A DNA stretch of 35,838 nucleotides from an uncultured Jatrophihabitantaceae bacterium (GTDB lineage Bacteria; Actinomycetota; Actinomycetes; Mycobacteriales; Jatrophihabitantaceae): the NCBI GenBank assembly GCA_964245745.1, contig CAXTNQ010000009.1, forward strand, positions 1-35,838, given 5' to 3'. Shown here one piece after another: positions 33,568-35,838 of this stretch. Positions within the stretch are counted from its first letter, which is position 1. Every line of letters begins with the position of its first letter. The position numbers and the translations under genes are program-made. The notes below the pieces were generated by a model that saw only the letters and a list, made by a program, of their open reading frames with translations, did not search any database and was not told where the DNA came from.

Positions 33568-33828
33568 TCAGAAGATGGCGCGGGTCAGTCGGTTGACGAT
33601 CTCCCGGTCGTGGATAACCACTTCCCGGTCCTCGACCATGACGGTCACGGCTGCGGACTGCACGTCCGTCACGTAGGCGACCAACGCGCCGCTGGCTCCC
33701 GCAACCGGTTTACTCGCCGGTGGGGGTGCCGCGCCTGCGGATGCGGCGCCGGCGACGCCCGCCGCAGCCGCGCCGGCACCGGCGATGGCCGCCGTCGCCA
33801 TGAACCCGCGACGAGTCTGATCCTTCAT
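33568..33828 (-). CDS. 86-aa protein with twin-arginine (Tat) signal peptide
   Basis: ATG preceded by GGAAGGA. TRRGFMATAAIAGAGAAAAGVAGAASA fits the Tat consensus (S/T-R-R-x-F-L/M plus h-region plus AxA). The mature part is about 55 aa and beta-rich. Confidence 0.6.
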   Translation of the reverse strand: MKDQTRRGFMATAAIAGAGAAAAGVAGAASAGAAPPPASKPVAGASGALVAYVTDVQSAAVTVMVEDREVVIHDREIVNRLTRAIF

Positions 33829-33882
33829 GGGGAGTCCTTCCTTTCCCGGGAGGCGACGTCGCTCACACCGTCGAGAGTCGCC

Positions 33883-33918
33883 GTATCCAGGACAACGACC
33901 GGAGTTCGCTATGGATAC
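33883..33918. promoter_or_regulatory. inverted repeat GTATCCA-N22-TGGATAC upstream of the Tat-peptide/DUF4331 operon
   Basis: 33883-33889 and 33912-33918, located 55-90 bp upstream of the ATG at 33828 in a locally AT-richer segment. Confidence 0.3.
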
Positions 33919-33957
33919 GCGGTACCTATGTGTCGTCGGTGTCCCGGAACGGCACGG

Positions 33958-35226
33958 TCAGGTCAGTGGTCGGGTGGCCCCGAAGTAGCCAGGTTCGACT
34001 TGCGTCAGCGGCGTGACCTTGACGATGTCGCCGCTGTGCGGGGCTTGGATCACCTCTCCGGCGCCGAGGTAGATGGCGACGTGCCCGATGCCGGACGCCT
34101 GACCGTTGTCCGACCAGAAGACCATGTCGCCCGCAAGCAGGTCGGGAACGGCGGGATGCACATGTCCGACCTGGCCGTACTGCGTCGTCGCGTAGTGATC
34201 CATAGCCAAGTACGGCGCCCACGCGTACAGGGACAGACCTGAGCAGTCGAATCCGACGATGTGCCCGTCGTTACGTGAGTCGTCGTCGACAGCCACCCCG
34301 AGCGTGGGTCCTGCGGCGTTACCGCCCGCGAACGAGTACGGCGTGCCCAACCACGCCAGAGCACGGTTCGCGGCGGACATGCCCACCGCCGGTGTCCAGC
34401 GTCCGGCGCTGGGGGCCAGCGGAGCCTGACGCGCCTGATCGGCGAGATGCTGATTGCTGAGGTCGAGAACGTCCTGGGTGACGGCGGCTTGCTGCGACAC
34501 CGTCGCGGTCGCCCGGGCGAGCGCCGCGACGCTCGAGTCTCGCTGTCGCTCGGCCACCGCGAGCGCCGACGCAAGGGCTGCGGCGTGAGCGCGCCCGGCG
34601 TCGCTGGCTGACTTGGCTCGGGCGACGGCCCGCTCAGCGGCTTGCGCCGCCGCCTGCTGCTGGCTGAGGGCCTGACGGGCGGCGCGTTCAGCCGCTGAAC
34701 GTCGGGTCAGCCCATCCTGCAGATCGGCGACGACGGCGCCCTGCCGGTTGGTGAGGTCCTGACTCAACGTGAGCGAGCCCAGAAGCTGGGAAGGGTCGGA
34801 GGTGACGAGGAGGGTCTCGACCGAGGTGGGGTCGCCGCTGGTGTAAGACTGGCGCACCATCGTGCGCAGCGTGGCCTGTGCGACGTCGATGTCGTGTTCC
34901 GCCGCTTCACTGGCGACGAGCGCCTCCTGCAGATGGGCGGCGGCCGCCTTCAGCAACGTGCGTTGGTACACGTACTGCTGCTCGGCGACTTGCCAGCGGG
35001 CCTGGTCGGCGGCGATGGCTCGCTGCGCCGTCGCCACCTGGGCGGCCAGCCGGTCAACGGTGTTGTCAGCAGCAGCCTTGGCGGCGGTGGCCGCCTCCAC
35101 CGTGGGGGCCGGTGTCGGAGAGGGACGCGCGAACGCTGTCCCGGAAGGGCCCAACGACAACCCCGCCGTCACCAGCGCCGTCAGCGCCACGAGGACGCGA
35201 GCGGGAACGGAGCGAAGTCGGCTCAC
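33958..35226 (-). CDS. secreted NlpC/P60 peptidoglycan endopeptidase with N-terminal coiled-coil (RipA-like architecture)
   Basis: Signal peptide LVALTALVTAGLSLGPSGTAFA. About 250 aa of Ala/Gln-rich coiled-coil. C-terminal NlpC/P60 catalytic motifs FDCSGLSLYAW and GHVAIYLG. The GTG start overlaps the upstream stop (GTGA at 35223-35226). Confidence 0.85.
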   Translation of the reverse strand: MSRLRSVPARVLVALTALVTAGLSLGPSGTAFARPSPTPAPTVEAATAAKAAADNTVDRLAAQVATAQRAIAADQARWQVAEQQYVYQRTLLKAAAAHLQEALVASEAAEHDIDVAQATLRTMVRQSYTSGDPTSVETLLVTSDPSQLLGSLTLSQDLTNRQGAVVADLQDGLTRRSAAERAARQALSQQQAAAQAAERAVARAKSASDAGRAHAAALASALAVAERQRDSSVAALARATATVSQQAAVTQDVLDLSNQHLADQARQAPLAPSAGRWTPAVGMSAANRALAWLGTPYSFAGGNAAGPTLGVAVDDDSRNDGHIVGFDCSGLSLYAWAPYLAMDHYATTQYGQVGHVHPAVPDLLAGDMVFWSDNGQASGIGHVAIYLGAGEVIQAPHSGDIVKVTPLTQVEPGYFGATRPLT

Positions 35227-35663
35227 GCCGCCGCCGCGAGGTGTACGTCGTCGCGGCGACCGTGCCGGTGCGTCAAGCGGAGACTCACGCGACCCAGTCG
35301 ACGCGCCCGACGCAGCCGCTGCAGCTCTGGACGCGCCACCCCCGGACGCAGCGCAACCCTCAGAGTAGGTCGCAACGCCGCGAGATAAGCCACCGTCTCC
35401 TCATTGTCACGTTGCTCCTCGGCCATCACCCGCGCCCGCCGCGCCTCTCTGCCCGGACGACTCACGACGACACCGATCACCGCCGCCACGCCAACCACGC
35501 CGACCGCGATGAACAGCAACACTTCGATCCGCACCTGATCACCACCCGACCGCGAGGACCGGCTGCCAAGCCGAACGCTTTCCTGCACAACGATCCGACC
35601 GGGTCGACAGATACGCACCCTTCGATCAGCAAGACGTCCAGGCAGGCCGACACCCTCCGTCAT
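35223..35663 (-). CDS. hypothetical single-pass membrane protein, translationally coupled to the NlpC/P60 gene
   Basis: The stop overlaps the downstream GTG. One TM (IEVLLFIAVGVVGVAAVIGVVV). The start is uncertain (ATG 35663 chosen; the ORF is open to 35750). Arg-rich, with modest codon bias. Confidence 0.3.
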   Translation of the reverse strand: MTEGVGLPGRLADRRVRICRPGRIVVQESVRLGSRSSRSGGDQVRIEVLLFIAVGVVGVAAVIGVVVSRPGREARRARVMAEEQRDNEETVAYLAALRPTLRVALRPGVARPELQRLRRARRLGRVSLRLTHRHGRRDDVHLAAAA

Positions 35664-35823
35664 CCGCCGACGTGATGAGTTGATCGGAACGCCGGGGCGG
35701 CGTAAGAATCGTCTGCTCGGCGCCTGGAATGATCTCCAGGATTCGATCACGCGTCTCCTGGAGGGTGGGCCTCCTCGGCTCCCTCACCTGCGCTAGGTAT
35801 CCGTCGACCTGCTCAGCCGACAT
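35650..35823 (-). pseudogene. frameshifted remnant of a DUF1801 (YdhG-like) gene
   Basis: ATG 35823. MSAEQVDGYLAQVREPRRPTLQETRDRILEIIPGAEQTI is a typical DUF1801 N-terminus. The expected continuation SYAAPAFR is found only in the +2 frame (GAT TCT TAC GCC GCC CCG GCG TTC CGA) and stops 7 codons later. Confidence 0.45.
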
Positions 35824-35838
35824 CCCGACCTTCGGGCA

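Overview
High-GC (about 70%) actinobacterial chromosomal window, densely coding on both strands. I found no transposase, integrase or CRISPR array.

Most of the window is ordinary metabolism and housekeeping:
- LigD-type ligase, a P450 and NAD kinase.
- A gamma-glutamylation catabolic operon (GATase/hydrolase, GntR, GS-like enzyme, ALDH, SDR), divergent from 5-oxoprolinase pxpABC.
- Bcp peroxiredoxin.
- A DAO-GcvT oxidase, divergent from a choline/ethanolamine-kinase plus APC-permease operon.
- A NiCoT Ni/Co permease and an NlpC/P60 endopeptidase.

The most unusual region is 17.6-24.7 kb. It contains:
- A phased 19/20-bp repeat array.
- A well-formed 73-nt class-I tRNA that carries a Leu (UAG) anticodon.
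- An MBL-Rieske fusion protein.
- A 900-aa TPR-CHAT (caspase-like) protein.
- Divergent from the CHAT gene, an operon encoding a signal-less S8 subtilase, an ECF sigma factor and a coupled 150-aa soluble protein. The subtilase N-domain is tethered to the catalytic domain by eight perfect GGGGYLA repeats.

I consider this cytoplasmic two-protease/ECF module the best candidate for an undescribed regulatory or conflict system.

Secondary candidates:
- A Tat-signal mini-protein, signal-less DUF4331 and His-rich protein operon upstream of the NiCoT permease.
- A structured leader with twin GAGA-tetraloop hairpins at 27.1-27.3 kb.

All functional calls rest on motifs read by eye from the translations. 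No database search was run.
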